From: an uncultured Ruminococcus sp.
GTDB lineage: Bacteria > Bacillota > Clostridia > Oscillospirales > Ruminococcaceae
Assembly: GCA_964454205.1 (NCBI GenBank)
Contig: CAYVSV010000001.1
Coordinates: 33,924 to 97,923 of the forward strand
Direction of reading: 5' to 3'
DNA length: 64,000 nt
Under the pieces are notes generated by a model. That model made no database searches. It worked only from the letters and a program-made list of their open reading frames with translations, and was not told where the DNA came from. This document shows positions 36,972 through 46,741 of this stretch, in pieces; position 1 is the stretch's first letter; every line of letters begins with the position of its first letter. The translations under genes were made by a program, and so were the position numbers.

Positions 36972-38261
36972 ATGATAGACATTAAGTTCTTAAGAGAAAA
37001 CCCCGAAGCGGTAAAGGAAAACATCAAGAAAAAGTACCAGGACGAGAAGCTCCCGCTTGTGGACGAGGTAATAGAGCTCGACGCAAAGCGCCGCGAAACT
37101 CTGCAAAGAGCGGAGGCTCTCCGCGCGGATAAAAACCGCATTTCCAAAGAGATCGGCGGATTTATGGCGAAGGGTATGAAGGATGAGGCGGAGAACGCGA
37201 AAAAGCAGGTAGCCGCGTTTTCAAAGGAGCTTGCGGAGCTTGAGGAGCAGGAGCCGATAATCGACGAGAAGATCACCAAAATTATGATGACTATTCCGAA
37301 CATCATCGACCCCTCCGTTCCGATAGGCAAGAACGATACCGAGAACGTTGAGGTGACGAAATACGGCGAGCCCGTCGTTCCCGATTACGAGATACCCTAT
37401 CACTCCGACATTATGGAGAGCTTTAACGGTATCGATCTGGATTCCGCGCGCAAAGTGGCGGGCAACGGCTTTTATTACCTTATGGGCGACATCGCGCGGC
37501 TGCATTCCGCGGTCATCGCATACGCGAGAGACTTTATGATAAACCGCGGCTTCACCTATTGCGTACCGCCGTTTATGATCCGCTCCAACGTTGTAACGGG
37601 CGTTATGAGCTTCGCGGAAATGGACGCTATGATGTACAAGATAGAGGGCGAAGACCTGTATCTTATCGGAACCTCCGAGCACTCTATGATAGGCAAGTTT
37701 ATCGATACGATACTCGAAGAGGAAGCCCTTCCGTACACGCTTACGAGCTACTCCCCCTGCTTCCGCAAGGAGAAGGGTGCGCACGGCATAGAGGAACGCG
37801 GCGTTTACAGAATACATCAGTTCGAGAAGCAGGAAATGATAGTAGTCTGCAAGCCCGAGGAAAGCCCGATGTGGTTTGAGAAGCTGTGGCAGAACACGGT
37901 AGACCTGTTCCGTTCTATGGACATTCCCGTGCGCACGCTGGAGTGCTGCTCGGGAGACCTCGCTGACCTTAAAGTAAAGAGCTTTGACGTTGAGGCGTGG
38001 AGCCCGCGGCAGAAGAAGTACTTTGAGGTCGGCTCGTGCTCGAACCTCGGAGACGCGCAGGCTCGCCGTCTGAAGATACGCGTAAGCGGCAAGGACGGCA
38101 AGAAATATTTCGCGCACACGCTCAACAACACCGTTGTAGCTCCTCCGCGTATGCTGATAGCGTTCCTAGAGAACAATCTGCAGGCGGACGGCTCGGTGAA
38201 GATACCCGAAGTTCTGCGTCCGTATATGGGCGGAACGGAAGTCCTTATTCCCAAGAAGTAA
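36972..38261 (+). CDS. serS: Serine--tRNA ligase
   Basis: MIDIKFLREN, LIGTSE, CFRKEKG...RIHQFEKQE, EVGSCSN and HTLNNT motifs. Confidence 0.98.
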   Translation: MIDIKFLRENPEAVKENIKKKYQDEKLPLVDEVIELDAKRRETLQRAEALRADKNRISKEIGGFMAKGMKDEAENAKKQVAAFSKELAELEEQEPIIDEKITKIMMTIPNIIDPSVPIGKNDTENVEVTKYGEPVVPDYEIPYHSDIMESFNGIDLDSARKVAGNGFYYLMGDIARLHSAVIAYARDFMINRGFTYCVPPFMIRSNVVTGVMSFAEMDAMMYKIEGEDLYLIGTSEHSMIGKFIDTILEEEALPYTLTSYSPCFRKEKGAHGIEERGVYRIHQFEKQEMIVVCKPEESPMWFEKLWQNTVDLFRSMDIPVRTLECCSGDLADLKVKSFDVEAWSPRQKKYFEVGSCSNLGDAQARRLKIRVSGKDGKKYFAHTLNNTVVAPPRMLIAFLENNLQADGSVKIPEVLRPYMGGTEVLIPKK

Positions 38262-38418
38262 AGGTTTTTTCATAGATCGGTCAACCCACATTCACATAGA
38301 TTTCGGCAAAGTATCGTATAATCTAAGGAGTAACACCGCGCATTCGGGCGCGGTGTTATACGGTATTTCGGAGGCGTTCCGCGCGGAAAACGCGAAACGT
38401 TCAAAGCGGAGGTAAACA

Positions 38419-39120
38419 ATGGCTTTTGTAACTCTAAAGGATGTATACAAGCGCTACCACGTCGGCGAGATAACGATAAACGCCGCGGACGGAATGACGT
38501 TCGACATCGAAAAAGGAGAGCTTTGCGTTATCGTCGGACCTTCGGGCTCCGGGAAAACGACAGTGCTGAATATGCTTGGCGGAATGGATTCCTGCGACGA
38601 GGGCGTTATCTCGGTGGACGGTTCGAGGGTGGACAACTACAACAGAAAGCAGCTCACGCTGTACCGCCGCTTTGATATAGGTTTTATATTCCAGTTTTAC
38701 AATCTCCTCCCGAACCTCACTGCGAAGGAGAACGTCGAGATAGCCGCGCAGACGAAGGACGACTACATTCCCGCCGATGAGATACTCGCTAAGGTCGGTC
38801 TCGCGGAACGCCTCAATAACTTTCCCGCGCAGCTTTCCGGCGGCGAACAGCAGCGCGTTTCGATAGCGAGGGCGCTCTCGAAAAAGCCGAAGCTCCTGCT
38901 CTGCGACGAGCCGACCGGCGCTCTCGATTACAACACCGGCAAGATGATACTAAAGCTCCTTCAGGATACCTGCCGCCAGGACGGAATGACGGTAATTCTC
39001 GTTACGCACAACACCGCGATAACTCCCATGGCGGACAGAGTTATCAAGATAAAAAACAGCAAAGTGAGCGAAACTCTCTTAAACGAAAACCCAACGCCCG
39101 TTGAAGAGATAGAGTGGTAA
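38419..39120 (+). CDS. ABC transporter ATP-binding protein (LolD/MacB type)
   Basis: [17 protein letters not shown] and [10 protein letters not shown] motifs. Confidence 0.95.
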   Translation: MAFVTLKDVYKRYHVGEITINAADGMTFDIEKGELCVIVGPSGSGKTTVLNMLGGMDSCDEGVISVDGSRVDNYNRKQLTLYRRFDIGFIFQFYNLLPNLTAKENVEIAAQTKDDYIPADEILAKVGLAERLNNFPAQLSGGEQQRVSIARALSKKPKLLLCDEPTGALDYNTGKMILKLLQDTCRQDGMTVILVTHNTAITPMADRVIKIKNSKVSETLLNENPTPVEEIEW

Positions 39121-39156
39121 CGCGTTATTTCAGAGCTTTGGAAAGGAGGCGGGACG

Positions 39157-42100
39157 ATGAACGCGGTGAATAAGAACACCTTACGCGAGATCGCGAAAAC
39201 AAAAAGCCGTTTTCTCTCGATCCTGCTTATATGCGCTATCGGCGTGGGATTTTTCAGCGGGGTAAGAGCGACTGACGACATTATGCGCCGTTCCGCGGAT
39301 GATTATTACGACGCTCACAGCCTGTTCGATCTGCGCGTGGTGTCCACCTTCGGGCTTACGGACGACGACCTTGAAGAGATACGGGGCGTAAAGGGCGTTG
39401 ACGGGGCTTACGCTTCCAAGTATACAGACCTCGCCATGCACCATAACGACAGAGAATTTATTACGCGCGTGTATTCCAAGACTCCCGATGAAATAAACAC
39501 CATAGATATCTATAAGGGCAGAGCTCCCGAGGCGGAAGGCGAGGCGCTGGTAAACGCCAATATGTTCGGCGACGCGCTGGAAATCGGAGATATTGTGACG
39601 CTCACCGATCCGGCAAAGGCGGATGAATTCCCGCTTAAGCGGACGGAATACACGGTTGTTGGAATGTACAACACGCCGATGTTTATTTCGATGTCGCAGC
39701 GCGGCTCCACGAATATCGGAGACGGCGCGATAGACGCGCTTATGATAGTTTCAGAGGATCAGTTTATACAAGAGCCCTACACCGAGATATACATAAAGTC
39801 CGATGAAATGCAGGGTATGCAGAGCTATTCGGCGAAGTACGAAAAGCTCCGCGAGGATATATCAAAGCGCCTGAAAAAGCTCGGCGACGCTCGCAGCGAG
39901 ATACGCTACACGGAAGTTTTGGGCGGAGCTCAACAGGAGATAGAGGACGGCGAAAAAGAGCTCGAAAAGGCGAAAGAGGACGGTCAGAAGGAGCTCGATG
40001 ATGCGAAGCAAAAGCTAGAGGACGCGAAAAAGCAGATAGAAGACGGCGAAAAGGAGCTCGAAAAGGGCAAGGAAAAAATCGACGAAGCGAGACCACAAAT
40101 AGAGAGCGCACAGAAGGAAATAGACAAGGGCAAATCGGAGCTCGACAGCGCGAAAACTCAGCTCGACAGCACGAAATGGCAGCTCGACAGAGGTCAGGCG
40201 GAGCTCGATAAAGCGAAGGAGGAGCTTGATAAGGCGAGGGACGAGCTCACCGCGGCGGAGACGGAAATAGCGCAGAAACGCGCCGAGCTGAACAGCGGAA
40301 AAGTCGCTCTTGAGACCGCGAAGATAGCCGTCGCGACGGGAAACGAGCTTTCGGCGCAGTATCTTTCGCGTTACCAGACCGCAAAAGCAGCGTACGATTC
40401 CGCGAAATCGGAGGTCGAGAAAGCGGAGCGCGACCTAGCGAACGCCGAGAACCAATACGGCTCGAACAGCGCGCTTGTCATTTCATACCGCGGTATGCTG
40501 GCGACTATGCGGGTGGCTCTGCAAACGGCGCAGGCTTCTATGGAGCGCACAAAATCGGAGATGGAGGACGCGCAGGCGCGGCTCGCCGAGGCTGAAAAAA
40601 CCATCGCCGAAAACGAGCAGAAAATAGCGGAGGGCGAACCCCAGCTTGAAGAAGCGGAAAAAGAACTTGCCGCGGCTCGCGAGCAATATCAAAGCGGGCT
40701 TTCGGAGTATACGAGGAATTCCGCGCAGATAACCGCGGGGCGGCTGCAATATGAAACGGGTCTCGCGCAGTACAATTCCGGGAAAACGGAATTTGATAAA
40801 GGCTACAAGGAGTTCACGGAAAAGAAAGAGGAATTTGAAGCGGGCGTTAAGGAATACGAAAACGGCGTTGTCGAGCTTGAGGACGCGAAAGCGCAGTACG
40901 AGCAGGGGCTTATTGATTACGAGGACGGAAAATACGAGTTTGAAACGAAGATAGCGGACGCGGAAAAGGAGCTCGCGGACGCGCGCGAGAAGATAGCCGA
41001 GGCTGGCAACGCGAAGTGGTATATCTTTACGCGCGACGACAACCCGGGCTATTCCGAGTATGACGCGAACGCCGAGAGAATAAACCGTATCGCGGCGATA
41101 TTCCCCTTGTTCTTCCTGCTTGTGGCGGGGCTTGTCTGCCTTACCACGATGTCGCGTATGGTGGAGGAGCAGCGCACGCAGATAGGCACGCTGAAGGCTC
41201 TCGGGTATTCGCGCCTTGCCATTATGCGGCACTATATGACATACGCGGTAACGGCGGCGCTTATCGGCGGAGTTATCGGGGCAGTCGGCGGGACGTTTTT
41301 GTTCCCGGGAGTTATCGTGTTCGCTTATTCGATGTTGTATGACGTTACAAAGATACACTTCCTTTTCACGGCATCAAACCTTATTTTGTCTATCGGCTCG
41401 ATGACCCTCGCGATAGCGCTCACCGTTTATTTCTCGTGCAGCAAGGCGCTGGAGGAAACGCCTTCCTCGCTTATGAGACCGAAAGCTCCGAAAGCGGGCA
41501 AGCGGATATTCCTCGAAAAAATATCGTTTATCTGGGACAAGATGAACTTCTTCGCGAAGGTAAGCGCGAGAAATCTTATCCGATACAAGCGCAGAATGAT
41601 AATGACTATCGTGGGAATAGCGGGCTGCACGGCGCTGTCTCTTACGGGCTTTGGGCTGAAGGATTCCATTTCGGACGTCGCGAATTTGCAGTACAACGAC
41701 ATCTACCGCTACAGCGGATTTGCGGCGTATGACGAGGAAGCGAAGCTCTCCGAGATAGACAGCATTTACAAGTCGCTCACCGATTACAACGAGGACACCG
41801 ATTATACCCGCGCTCTTATAAAGCAGTATGATCTTGAGTTCTCGAAAAACACGATGCAGTGCTACATAACGGCGGTAGAGGACAGCGAGCTGTTTGAGAC
41901 CTTCGTTGATATGCGCGAGAGAACGTCGCGCGAAAAAGTAACGATGAGCGACGGCGCGGTCATCACGGAAAAGGCGGCGAAGCTTTTGGGGGCGCAGATA
42001 GGCGACGAGATAACCGTTAAGGTGAGCGGCGGCGCGAACAGGAAAATAGAGATCGCCGCGATAACGGAGAATTACGCGGGTCATTACCTCTATGTTTCCG

Positions 42101-42687
42101 AAGATGTGTATAAAGATGTTTTCGGGCAGAAGCCGAAGTACAACATAATTTATTTCTTCAACGATATTTCCCGCGACGACGACGTTCAGGAGGAATTTAC
42201 CGCGCACATGCTCGAAAATAAAAACGTGCTTGCGGTGAGTATGAACGCCGCTTCTCTCAAAAATATTTACGATACTTTAAAGGTCATGGATTTGGTTGTG
42301 CTGGTGCTTATCGCGGCAGCGGCGGCGCTGGCGTTCGTGGTGCTTTATAACCTCACAAACGTCAATATCACGGAGCGCATACGCGAGATAGCTACCTTGA
42401 AGGTGCTCGGATTTTACGACGGCGAGGTATCGAGCTATGTTTTCCGCGAGAGCGTTGTTTTGTCGCTTATTGGAGCGCTTGTCGGGCTTGTGCTGGGATA
42501 CGCGCTGTGTATGTTTGTAATAACCACCGCGGAGCTCGACGAGCTTATGTTCGGGCGCAGGATACACCCTATCAGCTATGTGCTGGCGTTCGTAGTCACG
42601 GCGGCGTTCTCTATGATAGTTAACCTTATTATGACGAGAGTTCTTAAAAAGGTGAGCATGGTAGAGTCGCTCAAATCCGTAGAGTAA
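39157..42687 (+). CDS. FtsX-type ABC permease with a long coiled-coil extracellular insert
   Basis: Two FtsX domains (EQRTQIGTLKALG; ERIREIATLKVLG) and about 350 aa of heptad-rich sequence. Confidence 0.92.
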   Translation: MNAVNKNTLREIAKTKSRFLSILLICAIGVGFFSGVRATDDIMRRSADDYYDAHSLFDLRVVSTFGLTDDDLEEIRGVKGVDGAYASKYTDLAMHHNDREFITRVYSKTPDEINTIDIYKGRAPEAEGEALVNANMFGDALEIGDIVTLTDPAKADEFPLKRTEYTVVGMYNTPMFISMSQRGSTNIGDGAIDALMIVSEDQFIQEPYTEIYIKSDEMQGMQSYSAKYEKLREDISKRLKKLGDARSEIRYTEVLGGAQQEIEDGEKELEKAKEDGQKELDDAKQKLEDAKKQIEDGEKELEKGKEKIDEARPQIESAQKEIDKGKSELDSAKTQLDSTKWQLDRGQAELDKAKEELDKARDELTAAETEIAQKRAELNSGKVALETAKIAVATGNELSAQYLSRYQTAKAAYDSAKSEVEKAERDLANAENQYGSNSALVISYRGMLATMRVALQTAQASMERTKSEMEDAQARLAEAEKTIAENEQKIAEGEPQLEEAEKELAAAREQYQSGLSEYTRNSAQITAGRLQYETGLAQYNSGKTEFDKGYKEFTEKKEEFEAGVKEYENGVVELEDAKAQYEQGLIDYEDGKYEFETKIADAEKELADAREKIAEAGNAKWYIFTRDDNPGYSEYDANAERINRIAAIFPLFFLLVAGLVCLTTMSRMVEEQRTQIGTLKALGYSRLAIMRHYMTYAVTAALIGGVIGAVGGTFLFPGVIVFAYSMLYDVTKIHFLFTASNLILSIGSMTLAIALTVYFSCSKALEETPSSLMRPKAPKAGKRIFLEKISFIWDKMNFFAKVSARNLIRYKRRMIMTIVGIAGCTALSLTGFGLKDSISDVANLQYNDIYRYSGFAAYDEEAKLSEIDSIYKSLTDYNEDTDYTRALIKQYDLEFSKNTMQCYITAVEDSELFETFVDMRERTSREKVTMSDGAVITEKAAKLLGAQIGDEITVKVSGGANRKIEIAAITENYAGHYLYVSEDVYKDVFGQKPKYNIIYFFNDISRDDDVQEEFTAHMLENKNVLAVSMNAASLKNIYDTLKVMDLVVLVLIAAAAALAFVVLYNLTNVNITERIREIATLKVLGFYDGEVSSYVFRESVVLSLIGALVGLVLGYALCMFVITTAELDELMFGRRIHPISYVLAFVVTAAFSMIVNLIMTRVLKKVSMVESLKSVE

Positions 42688-42704
42688 AAATAAACGCGTT
42701 TAAG

Positions 42705-43640
42705 GTGAATGTTATGATACAGAATTTGGTCACTTGCAAGTTAAATGTAGACGAGGAGTTGACGATAAAGAAAAATCGTCTTTGCGGCGCGGAGGATAAC
42801 GGAAAGCGCGTCGCGATCGTAACGGGTATACACGGCGACGAGCTTGAGGGGCAGTATATCTGTTATCAGCTTGTGAAGCAGATAACGGCGAATATGAAAA
42901 ACCTCAAAGGTACCGTGGACATTTATCCCGTGGTAAATCCTCTCGGAATGGAGAGCGCTTCGCGCGCCGTGCCCATTACGGGAATGGATATGAATAAGGT
43001 CTTTCCGGGATCGGATTCCGGGGCGTTCGCGGAGAATATCGCGAAAACACTCGCCGAGGATATACGCGGCGCGGACGTCTGCATTGATATTCATTCGAGC
43101 AACATCTTCATCCGCGAGATACCGCAGGTGCGCATACGTTCAAAGGACGAGAATCTTGTACAATACGCGAAAATGCTCAACACGGATATGATTTGGGTGC
43201 ACGAAAGCGGCGCTGTCGGCGGCGGCTCGCTTGCGGAAACGCTCATTGTCGAGGGAGTTCCGGCGCTTGTCGTGGAAATGGGCGTGGGGCAGCGCATAGA
43301 CCTCGAATACTGCGAACAGCTCCTGCGCGGGATATTCAACCTTATGAACAAGCTCGGGGTTTGGACGGAGGAACAGCACGGGATTTCTCACCCGATGATC
43401 TCCACGGACGGCGCGGTGCACGTTATCCACTCCAATGGCAGCGGCATCTTTATCCCCTGCGTGGAGCACAACAACTGGATAGCAAAGGGCTCGCTTATCG
43501 GTGAGATAGTAACTCCGATAACCGGCACGGTGGAGCAGGAGATAACAGCGCCCGTAGACGGCGGCATCTTCTCTCTGCGCGAATACCCCATCGTCTACGA
43601 GGGAAGCGTTATCGCGCGTATGCTCAGCCTTGAGAAATGA
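42705..43640 (+). CDS. M14 family succinylglutamate desuccinylase/aspartoacylase-like metallohydrolase
   Basis: GIHGDELEG, NPLG, DMNKVFPG, DIHSS and VEMG motifs. Confidence 0.9.
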   Translation: MNVMIQNLVTCKLNVDEELTIKKNRLCGAEDNGKRVAIVTGIHGDELEGQYICYQLVKQITANMKNLKGTVDIYPVVNPLGMESASRAVPITGMDMNKVFPGSDSGAFAENIAKTLAEDIRGADVCIDIHSSNIFIREIPQVRIRSKDENLVQYAKMLNTDMIWVHESGAVGGGSLAETLIVEGVPALVVEMGVGQRIDLEYCEQLLRGIFNLMNKLGVWTEEQHGISHPMISTDGAVHVIHSNGSGIFIPCVEHNNWIAKGSLIGEIVTPITGTVEQEITAPVDGGIFSLREYPIVYEGSVIARMLSLEK

Positions 43641-43715
43641 GAAGCGCCGATCTGTACAGCTTTAAGACGCTTTTTCCCGTGGGGAAAAAGCAACATAAGA
43701 AATATCACTTTAACA

Positions 43716-43744
43716 CGTTTTTCCCTCCGGCGGCGGGAAAAACG
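43716..43744. repeat. REP-like palindrome copy
   Basis: CGTTTTTCCCTCC-GGC-GGCGGGAAAAACG. Confidence 0.75.
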
Positions 43745-43820
43745 CCCAAATAAAACATTAACCTTGACTTTAACCTCAAAACGTGGTACAATAAAAGAAA
43801 TGCCTCGGGAAAGGAAAGCT

Positions 43821-44201
43821 ATGAAAGACAGAATTTTTGAATCAAAGGAAAACTATCTGGAAACTATCTTGGTCTTGTATAACAGAAACGGCTCGGTGCG
43901 CTCGGTGGACATTGCCGCGGAAATGGATTTTTCCAAGCCCTCGGTGAGTATCGCGATGAAGAGCCTTCGCGAAGAGGGGTGCGTTTCCGTCGACGAGAAC
44001 GGCTACATCACGCTCACGAAAAGCGGTCGGGAAATAGCGGAGCGCGTTTACGAGCGTCACGTTCTGTTCACGGAATGGCTCACGTCGCTCGGAGTTCCCG
44101 AGGACATAGCCGCCGCGGACGCTTGCAGAATTGAACACGATCTTAGCGCGGAGAGCTTCTCCGCGATAAAGAAATACATCAAAAAACACAGCAAAAAGTG
44201 A
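43821..44201 (+). CDS. DtxR/MntR family metal-dependent regulator
   Basis: ESKENYLE, VRSVDIA, SKPSVS, YERH and DACRIEH motifs; promoter TTGACT-17-TACAAT at 43764-43792. Confidence 0.93.
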   Translation: MKDRIFESKENYLETILVLYNRNGSVRSVDIAAEMDFSKPSVSIAMKSLREEGCVSVDENGYITLTKSGREIAERVYERHVLFTEWLTSLGVPEDIAAADACRIEHDLSAESFSAIKKYIKKHSKK

Positions 44202-44221
44202 CCGAAAAAGGAGAAAACATC

Positions 44222-45484
44222 ATGAAAAAAATCTTGGCTTCAATTCTGGCAATTGTATCAATTATGGGACTTTCGGCGTGCGCTCAAAGTCCCGAAAACG
44301 AAACATTACAGACATCACAGCCCGAGGAAAGCAGGGTGGAGGTAACGACAAAGAATTTCGCGCCAATTGAGATAACGTGCGACAATGTTCTCAATTCCGT
44401 GAGGATATTCGACACGATGTACGAGGACAACAAGCAGGCGATGTTCAGCCCGTTGTCGCTCAATATGTGCCTCGGAATGTTGGAGGCGGGAGCGGCGGGA
44501 AGCTCCAAAACAGCGCTCGACAATTACCTCGGAAACAACGATTACGCAAAATTCGCCGAGGATTATCTGGAGCACGCAAAGGATTTCACGCTCGAGGTCA
44601 ACAATGATTATTCAAAATACAAGAACGTCTTTGAGATAGCAAATTCGTTCTGGGCAAATAAGAATTTGCCGTTCAACGAGAATTACCAAAAGCGCGTTTC
44701 GGACAGCTTCGGCGCGGAGATCAAGAACGTGGATTTTGTTGATAACGAAAAAGCCGCCGCCGAGATCAACGGCTGGGTGAACAAGAAAACACACGAAATG
44801 ATCCCGACTATCGTAGACAAAGATCAGCTTGGTGCGGAAACCGCGGCGGTTCTCGTAAACACCGTTTATTTCGAGAGCGCGTGGAGCGACGAATGGTACG
44901 TTCCCGCGGATAAGCAGAAGTTCACGAATGCGGACGGCACGGTCAAAGAAATCGAACTTATGCATAACGGCGGCGACAGCTACTTTGAAAACGACAACGC
45001 GACGGCGTTTTCGTGCTACTATAAAAACGGTATGAAGTTTATCGGAATTCTCCCGAAAAACGAGGGCGATTTCACGCTTGAAAGCCTTGACATCGGCTCG
45101 CTTCTGAAAACCGAAACGCAGGATTACAAGGTCAACGCGGGTATGCCCAAGCTGAATTTCGAGAGCAACTTTCCGCTTACGGAAGCTCTCAAGGCGGCGG
45201 GGCTTGCCGATATTTTTGATGAAACAAAAGCGGATTTCACGCCCATGCAGGGCAGCGAGGACGAGCATTTTTATGTTTCCGAGGTCATGCAGAAAACCAA
45301 AATCGAGCTTGACGAGCAAGGCACAAAAGCGGCTGCTGTTACAGCGGCGATTATGGGTGACCTGGGAATGGAACTCGATGAACGCGAGAAAAAAGCAGTG
45401 ACCTTAAACCGTCCGTTCGCGTTCCTCATCTACGACGGCGAAGCGGAGCAGATAGTGTTTATGGGTAAAGTAACGGCGATGTAA
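44222..45484 (+). CDS. Serpin family lipoprotein
   Basis: Lipobox LSAC; FSPLSL, INGWV..KT..MI, VNTVYF..W, MPK; hinge DEQGTKAAAVT; NRPFAFLI...FMG. Confidence 0.95.
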   Translation: MKKILASILAIVSIMGLSACAQSPENETLQTSQPEESRVEVTTKNFAPIEITCDNVLNSVRIFDTMYEDNKQAMFSPLSLNMCLGMLEAGAAGSSKTALDNYLGNNDYAKFAEDYLEHAKDFTLEVNNDYSKYKNVFEIANSFWANKNLPFNENYQKRVSDSFGAEIKNVDFVDNEKAAAEINGWVNKKTHEMIPTIVDKDQLGAETAAVLVNTVYFESAWSDEWYVPADKQKFTNADGTVKEIELMHNGGDSYFENDNATAFSCYYKNGMKFIGILPKNEGDFTLESLDIGSLLKTETQDYKVNAGMPKLNFESNFPLTEALKAAGLADIFDETKADFTPMQGSEDEHFYVSEVMQKTKIELDEQGTKAAAVTAAIMGDLGMELDEREKKAVTLNRPFAFLIYDGEAEQIVFMGKVTAM

Positions 45485-45500
45485 GCTCCGCGAAAAAGTT

Positions 45501-45524
45501 TCTCCCCCGCTGAGGCGGGGGAGA
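45501..45524. repeat. REP-like palindrome copy (variant)
   Basis: TCTCCCCCGC-TGAG-GCGGGGGAGA. Confidence 0.65.
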
Positions 45525-45556
45525 GGTAAATAAAAATCACCTTTGGGGGAAAAGCA

Positions 45557-46411
45557 ATGAAGATCGTTTGTTTGATGGAAAATACGGCAATTGACGAAAA
45601 CCTGTTTTTCGAGGACGGATTTTCGCTTTTTGTTGAATACAACGGAAAAAATTATCTTATCGACACGGGTCTTTCGGGAAAGGCTGTAGACAACGCGCGG
45701 CGTATGCGGTTGCCGATAAACGACATTGACGCGGTGTTCCTCACGCACAATCATCTTGGACATTCGGGCGGAATAGACGCGGTAATGAAGCTCAATCCCG
45801 ACGCGCAGATATACCTCCGCGCGGGCGCGAAAAACGAGGTGTTCAAGAAAAACGGATTGTTCAAAGCCGAGGTGGGACTGGGCCGCTCGTTCTTTCGGAA
45901 ATACGCGGATAATCTTATCCTGTTCAACAGCTTTTCCGAGGTATGCGAGGGCTTTTATCTCGCGAGCTGCGAGGATTTCGAGGAACGTTACATCAACCCC
46001 GACCGTACATATTTCACATATGACGAGGAAACGAAAAAGCAGATAGCGTTCGATTTTTCGGACGAGAGCTTTGCGGTCATTTTCCCGGGAAAGCGCAAGG
46101 CGGACGGCTTGATACTTATCGGCGGGTGCTTTCACTGCGGCGCGCCGAATTTGCTGGAAACGGTGCAGGAGCGTTGGCACGGTATCCCGATACTCGCGGT
46201 CATAGGCGGATTTCACTTTTCGGGCACGAACCCGAAGGCGCTCACTGTTCCCGGGGAGTTCGTTACCGCGACGGCACGGGCTTTGAAAGCGTCGGGCGCG
46301 GAGAAGGTCTACGCGTGTCACTGCACCGGCTTCAGAGGCTTCGACATCATGGACGAGATATTGGGTGACCGCATACTGTATCTCGGCGGGGGAGAGGCGC
46401 TGGAGTTCTGA
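45557..46411 (+). CDS. MBL-fold metallohydrolase (MJ0448/COG1237-like) with an altered HxHxDH motif
   Basis: LIDTG, THNHLGHSGG, GCFH, GGFH and CHCTG motifs. Confidence 0.85.
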   Translation: MKIVCLMENTAIDENLFFEDGFSLFVEYNGKNYLIDTGLSGKAVDNARRMRLPINDIDAVFLTHNHLGHSGGIDAVMKLNPDAQIYLRAGAKNEVFKKNGLFKAEVGLGRSFFRKYADNLILFNSFSEVCEGFYLASCEDFEERYINPDRTYFTYDEETKKQIAFDFSDESFAVIFPGKRKADGLILIGGCFHCGAPNLLETVQERWHGIPILAVIGGFHFSGTNPKALTVPGEFVTATARALKASGAEKVYACHCTGFRGFDIMDEILGDRILYLGGGEALEF

Positions 46412-46439
46412 GCGGCACTTGTCCCGAAAACGAAACCAT

Positions 46440-46514
46440 AAACCGTCTCTTTCGGTGAGGCGGCGATACAGAAGTTTTCCAAATCGTTACAGACGATCGG
46501 CGGAATATGCATAA
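46440..46514 (+). repeat. 75-bp direct repeat, copy 1
   Basis: 58/75 ungapped identity to 49182-49256 (counted by hand); core AGAAGTTTTCYAAATCGTTACAGAC. Confidence 0.85.
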
Positions 46515-46667
46515 GACTCCCGTTGCCATCATAGCAGCGGGAGCTTTACTTATGAACAAATTTATCAAGAAGGGATTTTTGCTATTTCATAGATCGCGCT
46601 TTGATTTATACAGTTCTCCACCCGAAGGCGGGAAGATCGCTTTTTAAGGGATTTTTATTATAACCCC

Positions 46668-46727
46668 TTGACAAACAAGGAAAATGATGATATAATATTG
46701 AATAGATATTCAATGAATAATTATTCA
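46668..46727 (+). promoter_or_regulatory. SigA promoter plus two tandem TetR operators
   Basis: TTGACA-17-TATAAT (46668-46696); palindromes TGAATAGATATTCA (46699-46712) and TGAATAATTATTCA (46714-46727). Confidence 0.85.
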
Positions 46728-46741
46728 ACGAGGAGGGAGCT

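Noticed and set aside
38331-38410. Hairpins in the leader of the ABC operon as a riboswitch
   Set aside because: An 11-bp stem is present, but I recognised no known aptamer motif or terminator/antiterminator pair.
39930-41000. Repetitive ELEKAKEE-like DNA in the large permease as a mobile or tandem repeat
   Set aside because: It is an ordinary coiled-coil heptad region, common in this FtsX-permease family.
46552-46647. 31-codon ORF MNKFIKKGFLL after direct repeat copy 1
   Set aside because: Its possible RBS lies inside a hairpin and it has no support beyond its start. It may be a gene stub, so I did not call it.
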